From contig CAZVLR010000002.1 of assembly GCA_964628095.1 (NCBI GenBank), positions 12,795 to 76,794 of the forward strand: 64,000 bases of DNA, read 5' to 3'. Below the pieces are notes generated by a model that was not told where the DNA came from, did no database searches, and saw only the letters and a list, made by a program, of their open reading frames with translations. Source of the stretch: an uncultured Candidatus Saccharibacteria bacterium. Its GTDB lineage: Bacteria > Patescibacteriota > Minisyncoccia > Minisyncoccales > CAZVLR01. Below are positions 43,755 to 53,929 of the stretch, in pieces (within the stretch, counting starts at the first letter, position 1; each line of letters starts with the position of its first letter). The translations under genes were made by a program, and so were the position numbers.

Positions 43755-45137
43755 ATGGCGGAAAAAAAATCTCAACCCACTTTAATGAATAAAATTATCA
43801 GCCTTTGCAAGCGGAAGGGCTTTATCTTCCCCAGCTCGGAAATTTACGGCGGAGTTTCGGGTTTGTGGGATTTGGGCCCCCTGGGTTCTTTATTGAAAAA
43901 GAATCTGCAGGATTTTTGGATAAAAAGATTTATTCTTGAAGAGGAAAATGTGGTATTGCTTGATGGCACCGTGCTAATGCATCCTAAAATCTGGGAAGCT
44001 TCGGGCCACGTGGAAAATTTTACCGATCCCTTAATGGAATGCCGGGTTTGTAATGCCAGATTTAGGGCAGATCATTTAGCCGAGGGGAAATTTATGGGCC
44101 AAGGCAAGGCGCAAAAAAAGAGCCAGTGTTTAGAATGCGGGGGCATGGACTTTACCGAACCCCGGCAGTTTAATTTAATGTTTAAAACCTATTTGGGTCC
44201 GGTTGATGACAAGGCTAATACTACTTATTTGCGCCCCGAAACCGCCCAAGCCATGTTTGTTGATTTTCTTAACGTGCTGGATTCCACCCGGCAAAAGGTG
44301 CCTTTTGGCATCGGCCAAGTGGGTAAATCTTTTAGGAACGAAATTACTACTGGCGATTATATTTTCCGCTCGCGCGAGTTTACCATTGCCGAAATAGAAT
44401 ACTTTGTTGAGCCGGGCCAAGATGAAAAATGCTTTGAAATATGGCTTGAAAAATGGCAACAGTTTTTTTCTGATTTGGGTTTGAAAAAAGAGAATCTCCG
44501 GCTTTACGAGCACCCCAAAGACAGCTTAGCTCATTATTCCAAAAGAACCGTGGATATTGAGTATAAATTCCCTTTTGGCTGGTCCGAGTTGGGTGGTGTG
44601 GCTAATCGCACCGATTACGATTTAAAAAGGCACGCTCAGTTTTCCGGGCAGGACCTGCAGTATTTTGACCCCGATACAAAAAAGAAATATTTTCCTTACG
44701 TGATCGAACCGACCCTGGGCATTGAAAGAGCCATGCTGGCCTTGTTATGCGAAAGCTATGAAGAAATAAAAGGCGGCCGGACCCAAACCACCGAAGCTGC
44801 AAAAGAAGTTGAAACAATGCTTAACTTGCCCAAAAACCTGGCCCCTATTAAGGTTGCGGTTTTACCCCTGGTTAAGAACAAGCCCGAACTGGTTAAAAAG
44901 GCCAAAGAAATTTACCAGATGCTTAAACCTTCTTTTATGGTTCAGTACGACGAGGTGGGTTCTATTGGCCGCCGCTACCGGCGCCAGGACGAGGTCGGTA
45001 CGCCTTACTGCATAACTATTGATTTTGAAACCTTGGAAAAGGAAACCGTTACTCTGCGCGACCGCAACACCATGTCTCAAGAAAGACTTCAGGTTTCAGA
45101 GCTGTTAACTATTTTAAAATCAAAACTGGAATCTTAA
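43755..45137 (+). CDS. glyQS: glycine--tRNA ligase (alpha2 type); ATG 43755 preferred over tracked TTG 43737
   Basis: RKGFIFPSSEIYGGVSGLWDLGPLG and FRNEITTGDYIFRSREFTIAEIEYF (class II motifs), plus a C-terminal anticodon-binding domain. TTG 43737 lies in the upstream terminator's T-run. Confidence 0.9.
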   Translation: MAEKKSQPTLMNKIISLCKRKGFIFPSSEIYGGVSGLWDLGPLGSLLKKNLQDFWIKRFILEEENVVLLDGTVLMHPKIWEASGHVENFTDPLMECRVCNARFRADHLAEGKFMGQGKAQKKSQCLECGGMDFTEPRQFNLMFKTYLGPVDDKANTTYLRPETAQAMFVDFLNVLDSTRQKVPFGIGQVGKSFRNEITTGDYIFRSREFTIAEIEYFVEPGQDEKCFEIWLEKWQQFFSDLGLKKENLRLYEHPKDSLAHYSKRTVDIEYKFPFGWSELGGVANRTDYDLKRHAQFSGQDLQYFDPDTKKKYFPYVIEPTLGIERAMLALLCESYEEIKGGRTQTTEAAKEVETMLNLPKNLAPIKVAVLPLVKNKPELVKKAKEIYQMLKPSFMVQYDEVGSIGRRYRRQDEVGTPYCITIDFETLEKETVTLRDRNTMSQERLQVSELLTILKSKLES

Positions 45138-45139
45138 AA

Positions 45140-46405
45140 ATGTTTAAAAAAACTACTCTTAAAAACGGTACCCGTTTGATTTTAACGCCGTTAAAGGATA
45201 CCAAAGCCATTACGCTTTTGGTGTTGGTGGCTACCGGCTCTAAATACGAAAGCAAAGAAGTTAACGGCATTTCCCATTTGCTCGAGCATATGGTTTTTAA
45301 GGGCACCAAAAACAGGCCGCAGACTTCGGATTTAGCTAAAGAGCTTGATCGCATCGGCGGTTTCTTTAACGCTTTTACGGGCAAGGAATATATGGGCTTT
45401 TGGGTAAAAGTTGACAGCAAGCATTTAAATATCGCCCTCGACATTGTGTCTGATATGCTTTTTAACTCTCTTTTTAAAGAAGGGGAAATTGAAAAGGAAA
45501 AGAAAGTTATCTTTGAAGAGATTAACATGATAAAAGACAGCCCTCAAGGCCATGTTTTAAACCTTTGGGAGGGTCTGCTTTACGGCGATCAGCCCTCAGG
45601 TTGGCTGATTTCAGGAGAAAAGGAAACGGTGGCCAAAATCAGCCGCAATAATATTTTGAATTATTTAAAAAATCAGTTTGTGGCAAAAAACATTGTTATT
45701 TCCTTGGCCGGTAATTTTGGCGAGGCAAAAATGAAAAAAGAAATCGAAAAGTTTTTCGGTGCCTTTAAAAAAGAGCAGCCCCTGGGCAAAAAACCGACAA
45801 AAGAAGCGCAAAGTAAGCCGCAATCTTTAATAGGGTTTAAAGAAACAGACCAGTCGCATCTTTGTTTGGGCGTTCGAACTTTTGATTTGTTTTCTCCCCA
45901 AAGGCACGCTTTAGCCGTATTATCAGGCGTTTTGGGCGGCGGCATGAGCTCCCGGCTTTTTATTAAAGTCCGGGAAAAACAAAGCCTGGCTTACTATATT
46001 AGAACTTTTCCCGAGCTTTATACCGATTCCGGGTATTTAGTAACGCACGCGGGCGTGGCCAATAACCGCATTGAGGAAGCGTTAAAAATTATTCTGGGAG
46101 AATACAAAGATTTATCAACAAAAAAGGTAACTAAGGAAGAATTAAGCAAGGTAAAAGAGCACATTAAAAGCCAGATTAATCTAGAGCTGGAAACTTCCGA
46201 TTCTTGGGCGTCTTTTTGCGGCGGCCAGGAGATTTTAAGAAATGAAATTCAGAGTCCAGAACAAGAATGCCGGGAGATTGATAAAATTACCCAAGATGAT
46301 ATCTTAAAATTAGCCAAAGAGATTTTCAGGCCGGAAAATCTGAATCTGGCGCTGATCGGGCCTTTTAAAGAAAAGGATAAATTTCAAAACTTGCTTAACC
46401 TTTAA
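45140..46405 (+). CDS. M16-family (pitrilysin/insulinase-like) zinc peptidase
   Basis: HLLEHMVFKGT (HxxEH) motif and the two-domain M16 length. Confidence 0.85.
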   Translation: MFKKTTLKNGTRLILTPLKDTKAITLLVLVATGSKYESKEVNGISHLLEHMVFKGTKNRPQTSDLAKELDRIGGFFNAFTGKEYMGFWVKVDSKHLNIALDIVSDMLFNSLFKEGEIEKEKKVIFEEINMIKDSPQGHVLNLWEGLLYGDQPSGWLISGEKETVAKISRNNILNYLKNQFVAKNIVISLAGNFGEAKMKKEIEKFFGAFKKEQPLGKKPTKEAQSKPQSLIGFKETDQSHLCLGVRTFDLFSPQRHALAVLSGVLGGGMSSRLFIKVREKQSLAYYIRTFPELYTDSGYLVTHAGVANNRIEEALKIILGEYKDLSTKKVTKEELSKVKEHIKSQINLELETSDSWASFCGGQEILRNEIQSPEQECREIDKITQDDILKLAKEIFRPENLNLALIGPFKEKDKFQNLLNL

Positions 46406-46409
46406 ATGC

Positions 46410-47426
46410 ATGGCTTCTAGCGAAAAAACATTGGACATCTCCTGGGGCACGGTTTTTAAACTGTTCCTGGTTGCGATTTTGCTTTACGTTATCTTTTTAA
46501 TCAGGGATATTATTATTTGGTTTGTTTTTGCGCTGGTAATTTCCGTGCTTTTTAATCCGGTTATAGACTTTTTTAAAAAGTTCAAAATTCCTCGACCCTT
46601 GGCCACGGTTTTTGTCTATATTATTTTCTTTGGCATTCTGGCCACCTTGGTTTATTTAATCATTCCCTTGTTTATTGAGGAAATCGGGCAGTTTTCCCAG
46701 CTTTTGCCCCAGTATTTTGAGAAAATCGCGCCCACTTTAAGGCAGTTCGGGTTTGATACAGACATTGAAACCCTATTTAGCACTCTTCAGGGCTATTTGG
46801 GGAAAATTGCTTCTAATATTATAAACGTTGTTTTTGCTTTTTTTGGGGGCATTTTCGCCGCTGTCTTTATTCTTTCTCTGGCTATCTACATGTCTTTGGA
46901 TGAAAAAGGGGTAGAGAAGGCCATTTTCATTTTTTTTCCAAAGAAGATGGAAGCGTACGCCTTATTGATTTGGGAAAGGTCACAAAAAAAAGTCAGCGGC
47001 TGGTTTTTTACCAGAATCTTGGCCTGCGCTTTTATCAGCGCCGCTTCTTTGATTGTCTTTTTGGTGTTTGGCACCCCCTATCCTTATTCTTTGGCTTTAT
47101 TAGCCGGCCTTTTGAATTTTATTCCGGTCGTCGGCCCCTTGCTAACCGGCGTTTTGCTTTTTCTAATTATCGGCTTGGACAACTTTTTTAAGGCGATTTT
47201 CGTGGTGGTGGCCTTTACTTTGGTCCAGCAGGTTGAAAACAACATTATTACGCCCTTTCTTTCTAAAAAAATTATTGGCATGTCGCCGGTTTTGGTTTTA
47301 ATGTCTTTGGCTATCGGCGGAATATTGTGGGGTTTTTTGGGCGCCATTTTAGCCATACCCCTGGGCGGCATTCTTTATGAATTTTTAAAGGATTTCTTAA
47401 AAAAGAAAAAAGAAGCGGAAATTTAA
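46410..47426 (+). CDS. AI-2E family transporter (PerM/UPF0118)
   Basis: Eight predicted TM segments with the loop layout and sequence style typical of UPF0118. Confidence 0.75.
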   Translation: MASSEKTLDISWGTVFKLFLVAILLYVIFLIRDIIIWFVFALVISVLFNPVIDFFKKFKIPRPLATVFVYIIFFGILATLVYLIIPLFIEEIGQFSQLLPQYFEKIAPTLRQFGFDTDIETLFSTLQGYLGKIASNIINVVFAFFGGIFAAVFILSLAIYMSLDEKGVEKAIFIFFPKKMEAYALLIWERSQKKVSGWFFTRILACAFISAASLIVFLVFGTPYPYSLALLAGLLNFIPVVGPLLTGVLLFLIIGLDNFFKAIFVVVAFTLVQQVENNIITPFLSKKIIGMSPVLVLMSLAIGGILWGFLGAILAIPLGGILYEFLKDFLKKKKEAEI

Positions 47427-47429
47427 AAT

Positions 47430-48095
47430 ATGGGCATTTTATACGTTGTAGCCACTCCTATTGGCAACTTGGAAGACATATCCTTGCGCGCCCTCCGAAT
47501 TCTTTCGGAGGCTGATTTAATTTTGTGCGAAGATACGCGCCAGACCCAAAAACTGCTTAACTTTTATAAAATTAAAAAGCCGACTTTAAGCTATCATCAA
47601 CATACCGGATTGAATAAAACAGAATACATTTTAGAGCTTTTAAAATCCGGCAAAAACTTGGCTTTGGTTTCCGACGCCGGCACGCCCGGCATTTCGGATC
47701 CGGGCGGAAAATTGGTAGCTTTGGCCACAAAAGAAAATATCCAAGTGCTTCCCGTGCCCGGCGCCTCAGCCCTAACAAGTATTATTTCCATTTCTGGAGT
47801 ACCCCTAGACCGCTTTATATTTTTGGGATTTTTGCCGCACAAGAAAAACCGAAAGAAATTCATTGCCGAAATCATTAACTCAAAATACCCAGTTATTTTT
47901 TACGAGTCGCCCTACCGCATTATAAAAACCTTAAAAGAATTACTGGTTTTATCTGTCAAAAAAGAAGTGGTGGTGGGCCGCGAGCTAACCAAGAAATTTG
48001 AAACAGTTTTAAGGGGTGATTTAGAAAATGTTTTAAAAAATATAGAAAGTGATAAGATTAATTCAAAAGGAGAATTCGTTGTAATCGTTTATTAA
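47430..48095 (+). CDS. rsmI: 16S rRNA (cytidine1402-2'-O)-methyltransferase RsmI
   Basis: LYVVATPIGNLEDISLRALRIL..ADLILCEDTR and SDAGTPGISDPG (tetrapyrrole-methylase fold). Confidence 0.9.
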   Translation: MGILYVVATPIGNLEDISLRALRILSEADLILCEDTRQTQKLLNFYKIKKPTLSYHQHTGLNKTEYILELLKSGKNLALVSDAGTPGISDPGGKLVALATKENIQVLPVPGASALTSIISISGVPLDRFIFLGFLPHKKNRKKFIAEIINSKYPVIFYESPYRIIKTLKELLVLSVKKEVVVGRELTKKFETVLRGDLENVLKNIESDKINSKGEFVVIVY

Positions 48096-48099
48096 TAAA

Positions 48100-48798
48100 A
48101 TGCTTAAAATAGACCTGCATATTCATACATCAATAAGCAAAGATTCGCAGAATACTTTGCTTGAGTATATAAACCAGGCGAAAAAGTTAAAAATGAAGGT
48201 GATTGGCATAAGCAACCACGGGCCCAAAACCGGCGTGATGATGGGCGGCGAGGTTCATTTTAGATCCATGGCGCGGGTGCCAAAGACAGTAGAAGGCGTT
48301 AGGGTTTTAAAGGGTATCGAGGCTAATATTATTGATAAAGATGGTTCAACTGACATAACCGAAAGGATATTTGAAAAATTGGATTATGCGATGGCCAGCT
48401 TTCACCAAGTCAGTCTTTATAAAAGAGGAGATATTAAGACCGATACTAGGGCCATGATTGAAACGATAAAATCTGGGCGGATTAATATTATTACCCATCC
48501 TTATGTTGTCGGTGTAGATATTGAAAAAGTCGCCGAGGCGGCCTGCAAAAACAATGTTTTATTGGAAATTGACAATAATTATTTAAAAGCAGATTATTTG
48601 CCAGATATTATTAAAATGATTGAGATCGTAAGAAAGCATAAAGATAAAATAATTATCGGTGGCGACGCCCACAATATTTGGGAGCTGGGCGACGATTCAA
48701 AAATTAATAAGATTAAAAAAGAGATCGGCTTAACCGAAGACTTGATTATTAACAATTACCAGCAAGAGCTGTTTAAAAGGTTAAACATTAAAGAATGA
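48100..48798 (+). CDS. PHP-domain phosphoesterase (YcdX-like)
   Basis: IDLHIHTSISKDS, ISNHG, SFH, THP and GGDAHN metal-ligand pattern. Confidence 0.8.
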   Translation: MLKIDLHIHTSISKDSQNTLLEYINQAKKLKMKVIGISNHGPKTGVMMGGEVHFRSMARVPKTVEGVRVLKGIEANIIDKDGSTDITERIFEKLDYAMASFHQVSLYKRGDIKTDTRAMIETIKSGRINIITHPYVVGVDIEKVAEAACKNNVLLEIDNNYLKADYLPDIIKMIEIVRKHKDKIIIGGDAHNIWELGDDSKINKIKKEIGLTEDLIINNYQQELFKRLNIKE

Positions 48799-50198
48799 AA
48801 AACAAATTTTATATCACTACGCCCATATATTATGTAAACGATAAGCCCCATTTGGGCCACGCTTATACTACCTTAGTTGCCGATGTGCTGGTGCGCTATT
48901 TTAAATTAAAAGGTGAGAAAGTTTTCTTTTTAACCGGCACCGACGAACACGGAGCTAAAATAGAAAAAGCGGCCAAGGAAGCAAAAAAAAGCCTTCGGGA
49001 ATTTTGCGATGAAAAAGCAGAGCAGTTTAAAAAAGCTTGGGCCAACTTAAACATTTCCTACGATAAGTTTATCCGCACCAGCGATAAAGAACATATTGAG
49101 GCCGTGCAGAATGTTTTAAAGGTTTTATTTAACAAGGGCCTTATCTACAAGGGAACTTACGAGGGGCTTTATTGCCCGGGCTGCGAGCAGTGCAAAACTA
49201 AAGAAGATCTGATTGACGGCCGGTGCCAAGAGCACAAATTGGAGCCGGAATTAATGAAAGAAGAAAGCTATCTTTTTAAATTGTCCCTTTTCCAGGATAT
49301 TTTAAAAGAAAAAATCGAAAGCGACGAGTTGGAAATTATACCCAAAGAAAGAAAAAAAGAAGTTTTATCTTTTTTAAAAAAACCTCTGCAAGATATTTCC
49401 ATTTCCCGGCAGAAAGTAAAGTGGGGCGTACCCCTGCCCTTTGACCAAAAGCTCACTCTTTATGTTTGGATTGACGCCTTTTTGAATTATCTGACCGGCC
49501 TTGGCTGGAAGGGCGACGTTAAAGAAGCTCCTGATTTTTGGCCGGCCGATCTGCATTTAATGTCAAAAGATATTTTAAGGGTGCATGCCACTATTTGGCC
49601 AGCTTTACTATTGGCACTCGGGTTGCCTCTGCCCAAAAGAATTTTTGTTCATGGCTACTTTACTATCGATGGCCAAAAAATGTCCAAAACCCTGGGCAAT
49701 GTTATTTGGCCCGATGAAATAGTGGAAAAATTCGGCGCAGACGGCGCCCGGTATTTGCTTTTATCAAATATGTCTTTTGGCAAAGACGGCGATATTTCCT
49801 GGCAGAAGCTAAATGAAAAATACAATGCCGATTTGGCCAACGGCTTAGGAAACCTGTTAAGCCGGACGATTAAATTAAACGAAACTCTATCAGTTCAACC
49901 GGAAAATCAGGAAAGCATAAGCGATCTTTGTAAATTAATCGAAGAACTAAAATTCAAAGAGGCCCTGGATCAAATTTGGCAGAAGATAAATTGGGCCAAT
50001 AAACACATTGAAGAAAAGCAGCTTTGGATTTTAACAAAAGACAACCCTCAAGAAGCCCAAAAAATACTAAAAGAATTGCTCTCTTTAATTTTACAGGTGG
50101 CTGAATGCCTGTTACCTTTTATTCCCGAAACCGCTCAAAAAATTAAAGAACAGATAAGGGAAAACAATAGCCAAATTTTATTTCCTCGGGTAAAATAA
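48795..50198 (+). CDS. metG: methionine--tRNA ligase (minimal form, 467 aa)
   Basis: YYVNDKPHLGHAYTT (HIGH) and KMSKTLGN (KMSKS). No C-terminal tRNA-binding appendix. Confidence 0.9.
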   Translation: MKNKFYITTPIYYVNDKPHLGHAYTTLVADVLVRYFKLKGEKVFFLTGTDEHGAKIEKAAKEAKKSLREFCDEKAEQFKKAWANLNISYDKFIRTSDKEHIEAVQNVLKVLFNKGLIYKGTYEGLYCPGCEQCKTKEDLIDGRCQEHKLEPELMKEESYLFKLSLFQDILKEKIESDELEIIPKERKKEVLSFLKKPLQDISISRQKVKWGVPLPFDQKLTLYVWIDAFLNYLTGLGWKGDVKEAPDFWPADLHLMSKDILRVHATIWPALLLALGLPLPKRIFVHGYFTIDGQKMSKTLGNVIWPDEIVEKFGADGARYLLLSNMSFGKDGDISWQKLNEKYNADLANGLGNLLSRTIKLNETLSVQPENQESISDLCKLIEELKFKEALDQIWQKINWANKHIEEKQLWILTKDNPQEAQKILKELLSLILQVAECLLPFIPETAQKIKEQIRENNSQILFPRVK

Positions 50199-50204
50199 AA
50201 AAAC

Positions 50205-51125
50205 ATGTTTGAAGCGCTAATTATTATTTTTGGCCTGGTGATTTTTGAAGCGGTAAATAGCATTGATAACGCTATTGTTAATGCTTATGTGCTAAAAACC
50301 ATGAGCCCCAAATGGCGCCGGATTTTTTTATTCTGGGGAATTATCACCGCCGTATTTATAATGCGTGGTCTTTTGCCGTTTTTAGTGGTATGGCTTTCAG
50401 TTCCTGAAATCGGATTTTTAGGGGCTTTTAAAGCCATGTTTTCCAGCTCGCCAGAAGTCGCCCATTTAATGGAAGAGAGAAAAAGCATTATTTTAATGGG
50501 TGCGGGCGTTTTTCTTTTTCTTTTGTATTTGCACTGGCTTTTTTTGGAGGAAAAACACCCCTTATTCGTTACCGATAAATTTATAAAACCCAAATACGGC
50601 ATTTGGTTTTTTGCCTGTACCGCTATCTTATTGGTGGCTTTACTTTATTTAGCCAGATCTTCGCCCTTTTTAATGTTGTCGGCCGCCTGCGGGAACGCCA
50701 TATTTTTTATTATGTACGGCTTTCGCGAGCAGGCGGAAAAACAGGGGAAAAAATTATTGGAAACTGCTTCAAAGATTTCCGATTTATCCAAATTTATCTA
50801 TCTTGAGGTGTTAGACGCCTCTTTTAGCTTTGACGGTGTCATGGGAGCTTTTGCCTTTACCACCAGCATTCCTTTAATCTTAATCGGTAATGGCATCGGC
50901 GCTTTAATTGTTCGGGATTTAACTATTCGAAGCATTGATAAAGTTTCAAAATACAAGTTTTTGAAAAACGGGGCAATGACTTCTATCGGTCTTTTGGGCC
51001 TGTTTATTATCTTAGAGAGTTTTGGTTTAGAGTTGCCCGATTATCTGCCCACCACCATCACCTTATTTTTAGTGGTTTTTGCGCTTTGGGAATCGAATAA
51101 ATTTTTAAAGAAAAACCCGGCATGA
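50205..51125 (+). CDS. DUF475 family integral membrane protein
   Basis: EAVNSIDNAIVNA and LEVLDASFSFDGVMGAFAFT motifs in a multi-pass protein. Confidence 0.7.
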   Translation: MFEALIIIFGLVIFEAVNSIDNAIVNAYVLKTMSPKWRRIFLFWGIITAVFIMRGLLPFLVVWLSVPEIGFLGAFKAMFSSSPEVAHLMEERKSIILMGAGVFLFLLYLHWLFLEEKHPLFVTDKFIKPKYGIWFFACTAILLVALLYLARSSPFLMLSAACGNAIFFIMYGFREQAEKQGKKLLETASKISDLSKFIYLEVLDASFSFDGVMGAFAFTTSIPLILIGNGIGALIVRDLTIRSIDKVSKYKFLKNGAMTSIGLLGLFIILESFGLELPDYLPTTITLFLVVFALWESNKFLKKNPA

Positions 51126-51940
51126 TTATTGATACGCACGCCCATTTAAATTTTAACGCTTTTAAAAAAGACGCCGAAAAAGTAATTCGGCGTTCTTTAA
51201 CTAATAATATTTGGATGATAAACGTTGGTTCTCAATATGATACTTCACAAAGGGCGATCGAGATAGCAAAGCATTATCCAGAAGGAGTTTTTGCCGCTGT
51301 CGGTCTGCATCCGATTCATTTGGAAACCAGCCTGGTTAAAATTAAAGACGACAAGGAAGAAATTGAAATTAAAACTAAAGAAGAGGATTTTAATTATGAA
51401 AAATACAAAGTATTGGCCCAGGCGGAAAAAGTGGTAGCCATTGGCGAAGTTGGCTTGGATTATTACTGGAAGCCCAAAAGCAAAAACCAGTTAGAGCCCT
51501 TTAAAGAAAAACAGAAAGAGATTTTAACACAACAGCTGGAATTGGCCAAAGAGCTTAATTTGCCATTAATTTTTCATTGCCGCATGGCGCACCGAGATTT
51601 GATAGAAATTTTAAAAAAGCAAAAAAATATTAAAGGGGTAATCCATTGCTTTACCGGAAATTTAGACGAGGCGCAAGAATATATTAGCCTTGGTTTGCAT
51701 TTGGGTTTTAACGGCATTATTTTTAAAACTAATCTTGACGAGGTAATAAAAACAATGCCTTTGGAAAAAATGTTGTTGGAAACAGACTGCCCTTATTTAA
51801 GCCCGCCCGGCGCTCCTCGCAGGAACGAACCCATATATGTAAAGCAGGTGGCTGAAAAGATCGCTGGATTGAAAAGTATGCAGATTGAGGAATTAGCCAA
51901 AATTACTACTCAAAACGCCAAAAAGCTGTTTTTAATTTAG
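51122..51940 (+). CDS. tatD: TatD-family metal-dependent hydrolase
   Basis: IIDTHAHLN, GEVGLDYY, FHCR, HCF and ETDCPY motif series. Confidence 0.9.
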   Translation: MIIDTHAHLNFNAFKKDAEKVIRRSLTNNIWMINVGSQYDTSQRAIEIAKHYPEGVFAAVGLHPIHLETSLVKIKDDKEEIEIKTKEEDFNYEKYKVLAQAEKVVAIGEVGLDYYWKPKSKNQLEPFKEKQKEILTQQLELAKELNLPLIFHCRMAHRDLIEILKKQKNIKGVIHCFTGNLDEAQEYISLGLHLGFNGIIFKTNLDEVIKTMPLEKMLLETDCPYLSPPGAPRRNEPIYVKQVAEKIAGLKSMQIEELAKITTQNAKKLFLI

Positions 51941-51974
51941 CTTGACCTTTAACTGTTTGAATGTTAGTTTCATA

Positions 51975-52005
51975 AAAGAAAAGAGTTTTTAAACTCTTTT
52001 TTATT
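51975..52005 (+). terminator. terminator after tatD
   Basis: AAAAGAGT, loop TTTTAA, ACTCTTTT, followed by TTATTTT. Confidence 0.5.
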
Positions 52006-52073
52006 TTGAGCACCTTTTAAACAAAATATGGAAAGTTAAAAAATGTTTAACCCTAATACAGGAGGAAGGCTTT

Positions 52074-53396
52074 ATGATACCAAGATACACTAGAAAAGAC
52101 ATGGGAGAAATCTGGTCAGATTTCAACAAATTCAGAAAGTGGTTTGATGTAGAGCTTGCTATTTTAAAAGCTAAAGAAGAATTGAGAATTGTGCCTTTTG
52201 GCACCGCGGAAAAGGTGAGAGAAAGCGCGGGTATTTCCATTAATCGTATTGAGGAACTGGAAAAAACCACCGGCCACGATGTAATGGCTTTTGTGCAGTC
52301 GATCTCAGAACAGTTAATCAAAAAAGGTCTGGCAGAGCAGGCGCAGCATTTTCATGCGGGCATGACGTCTTATGATATTTTAGACACTGCCTTAGCGGTA
52401 TCGATGCGCGATTCGATAAAGCTGTTAAGGACCGGCCTGAACGAATTGCTGGTTGTTTTAGGGGCAAATTGCCTGGCTCACAGAGATACGATTCAAATCG
52501 GTCGTACCCATGGCATACACGCTGAGCCGATTACCTTCGGCTTTAAGATGGTCAATTGGTACGACGAATTGGAGCGGCACGAAGAACGATTGGGAATTCT
52601 GAGGGAAAGAATTTCTGTGGGCAAGATTTCTGGCGCGGTTGGCACTTATGCCAATATCGATCCTGCGATTGAAGATCTTGCCTGTGAAATGCTCGCCTTA
52701 AAACCGGCGCGCATCAGCACGCAGATAATTTCTCGCGATCGGCATGCCGAATATGTTTTTACTTTGGCTTTAATTGCCGGTTCTTTGGCCAAATTCGCCA
52801 TTGAGATCAGGAATCTGCAGCGTACTGAAATTGATGAAGTGTCAGAGCCCTTTAAAAAAGGGCAAAAGGGCAGTTCGGCTATGCCTCACAAGCAGAACCC
52901 AATCGCTTCGGAAAATATTTCTTCTTTAACGCGTTTGATGCGGGGTTTTGTGCAAGTGGCATTGGAAAACCAGGAAACTTGGCACGAGCGCGATATAGCC
53001 AATTCGGCCAATGAAAGAATAATTCTGGCCGATAGCTCGATACTGTTAGACTACATGCTGGCCCGCCTTACCAACATACTGAGAAACTGGACGGTAAAGA
53101 CTTCTAAAATGGAAGACAATTTGTGGTTGTCTCAGGGCCGTATTTTTTCCGAACAGGTAATGCTGGCCTTGGCTCAAAAGGGGATGCCGCGGGAAGAGGC
53201 GCACGATTTAGTTCAGGAGCTAGCCTTGCTCTCGGCTAAAATTAATTCTCCCTTTAAAGATTTACTCTGGGAAGACCCAAGGATAAAAAAACTTTTAACC
53301 CAGGAAGAGCTGGAAGGGTGTTTTAAGCCCGAAGACCAGCTGAAAAACATTAAAAAAATCTATGACAGATTCATTTTTAGAATAGGAGGGCCCTAA
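52074..53396 (+). CDS. purB: adenylosuccinate lyase
   Basis: MIPRYTRKDMGEIWSD N-terminus and the signature GSSAMPHKQNP. SD-led (ACAGGAGGAAGGCTTT-ATG). Confidence 0.9.
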   Translation: MIPRYTRKDMGEIWSDFNKFRKWFDVELAILKAKEELRIVPFGTAEKVRESAGISINRIEELEKTTGHDVMAFVQSISEQLIKKGLAEQAQHFHAGMTSYDILDTALAVSMRDSIKLLRTGLNELLVVLGANCLAHRDTIQIGRTHGIHAEPITFGFKMVNWYDELERHEERLGILRERISVGKISGAVGTYANIDPAIEDLACEMLALKPARISTQIISRDRHAEYVFTLALIAGSLAKFAIEIRNLQRTEIDEVSEPFKKGQKGSSAMPHKQNPIASENISSLTRLMRGFVQVALENQETWHERDIANSANERIILADSSILLDYMLARLTNILRNWTVKTSKMEDNLWLSQGRIFSEQVMLALAQKGMPREEAHDLVQELALLSAKINSPFKDLLWEDPRIKKLLTQEELEGCFKPEDQLKNIKKIYDRFIFRIGGP

Positions 53397-53398
53397 CC

Positions 53399-53929
53399 GT
53401 GGAAGAAAAACAAATATCCGTTGCGATTATTATCGGTAGCGAATATGATTTTCCGCTTGTCGAGCAATCAGGCATGCTTGGAGTTCTTGACCAAATGAAG
53501 ATTGCCTGGGAGCTGTCTGTTATTTCAGCGGACCGAAACCCCCAAGAGCTTCATGATTATTGCATTGTTGCCAAGCGGCGGGGAGTCGTAGTCTTTATCG
53601 GGGCCGCAGGCATGTCGGCTAAGTTACCTGCTGCTATTGCTGTTTATACCGGCTATAAAACTCCGGTGATCGGCGTGGCTCTGCCTAGCGAAGATTTTCC
53701 CAATAGCCTCGATGCTTTATTTACCATTGTGCGCCAGCCGGGCGGTTGTCCGGTTATCTGTTCGGGCATTGGCAAGGCCGGTTTAAAAAATGCCGCTTTG
53801 ATTGCCTGCCAGATACTTTGTACTGGAAATGACGAACGCTCGTGCAAAACTTACTCAGATTTCTCGGCATATCTTAAAAGAAATCAAAAAACCCCACAAA
53901 TCCCATTAAAGGAAGGAGAAGCCTCATGA
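53399..53929 (+). CDS. PurE-like protein (AIR carboxylase/N5-CAIR mutase fold) with substituted conserved histidines
   Basis: By eye it aligns with E. coli PurE as I recall it: VAIIIGSEYD, FIGAAGMSAKLP, PVIGVAL, GIGKAGLKNAALIACQIL. SADRNP replaces SAHRTP and AAGMSAKLP replaces GAGGAAHLP. GTG start with SD AGGAGGG. Confidence 0.7.
   Translation: MEEKQISVAIIIGSEYDFPLVEQSGMLGVLDQMKIAWELSVISADRNPQELHDYCIVAKRRGVVVFIGAAGMSAKLPAAIAVYTGYKTPVIGVALPSEDFPNSLDALFTIVRQPGGCPVICSGIGKAGLKNAALIACQILCTGNDERSCKTYSDFSAYLKRNQKTPQIPLKEGEAS

Noticed and set aside
45109-45528. 139-aa minus-strand ORF
   Set aside because: It is antisense to the well-supported M16 peptidase gene and has no motifs.
52001-52321. 106-aa minus-strand ORF
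   Set aside because: It is antisense to the purB 5' region and its SD-containing leader. purB has a clear signature.
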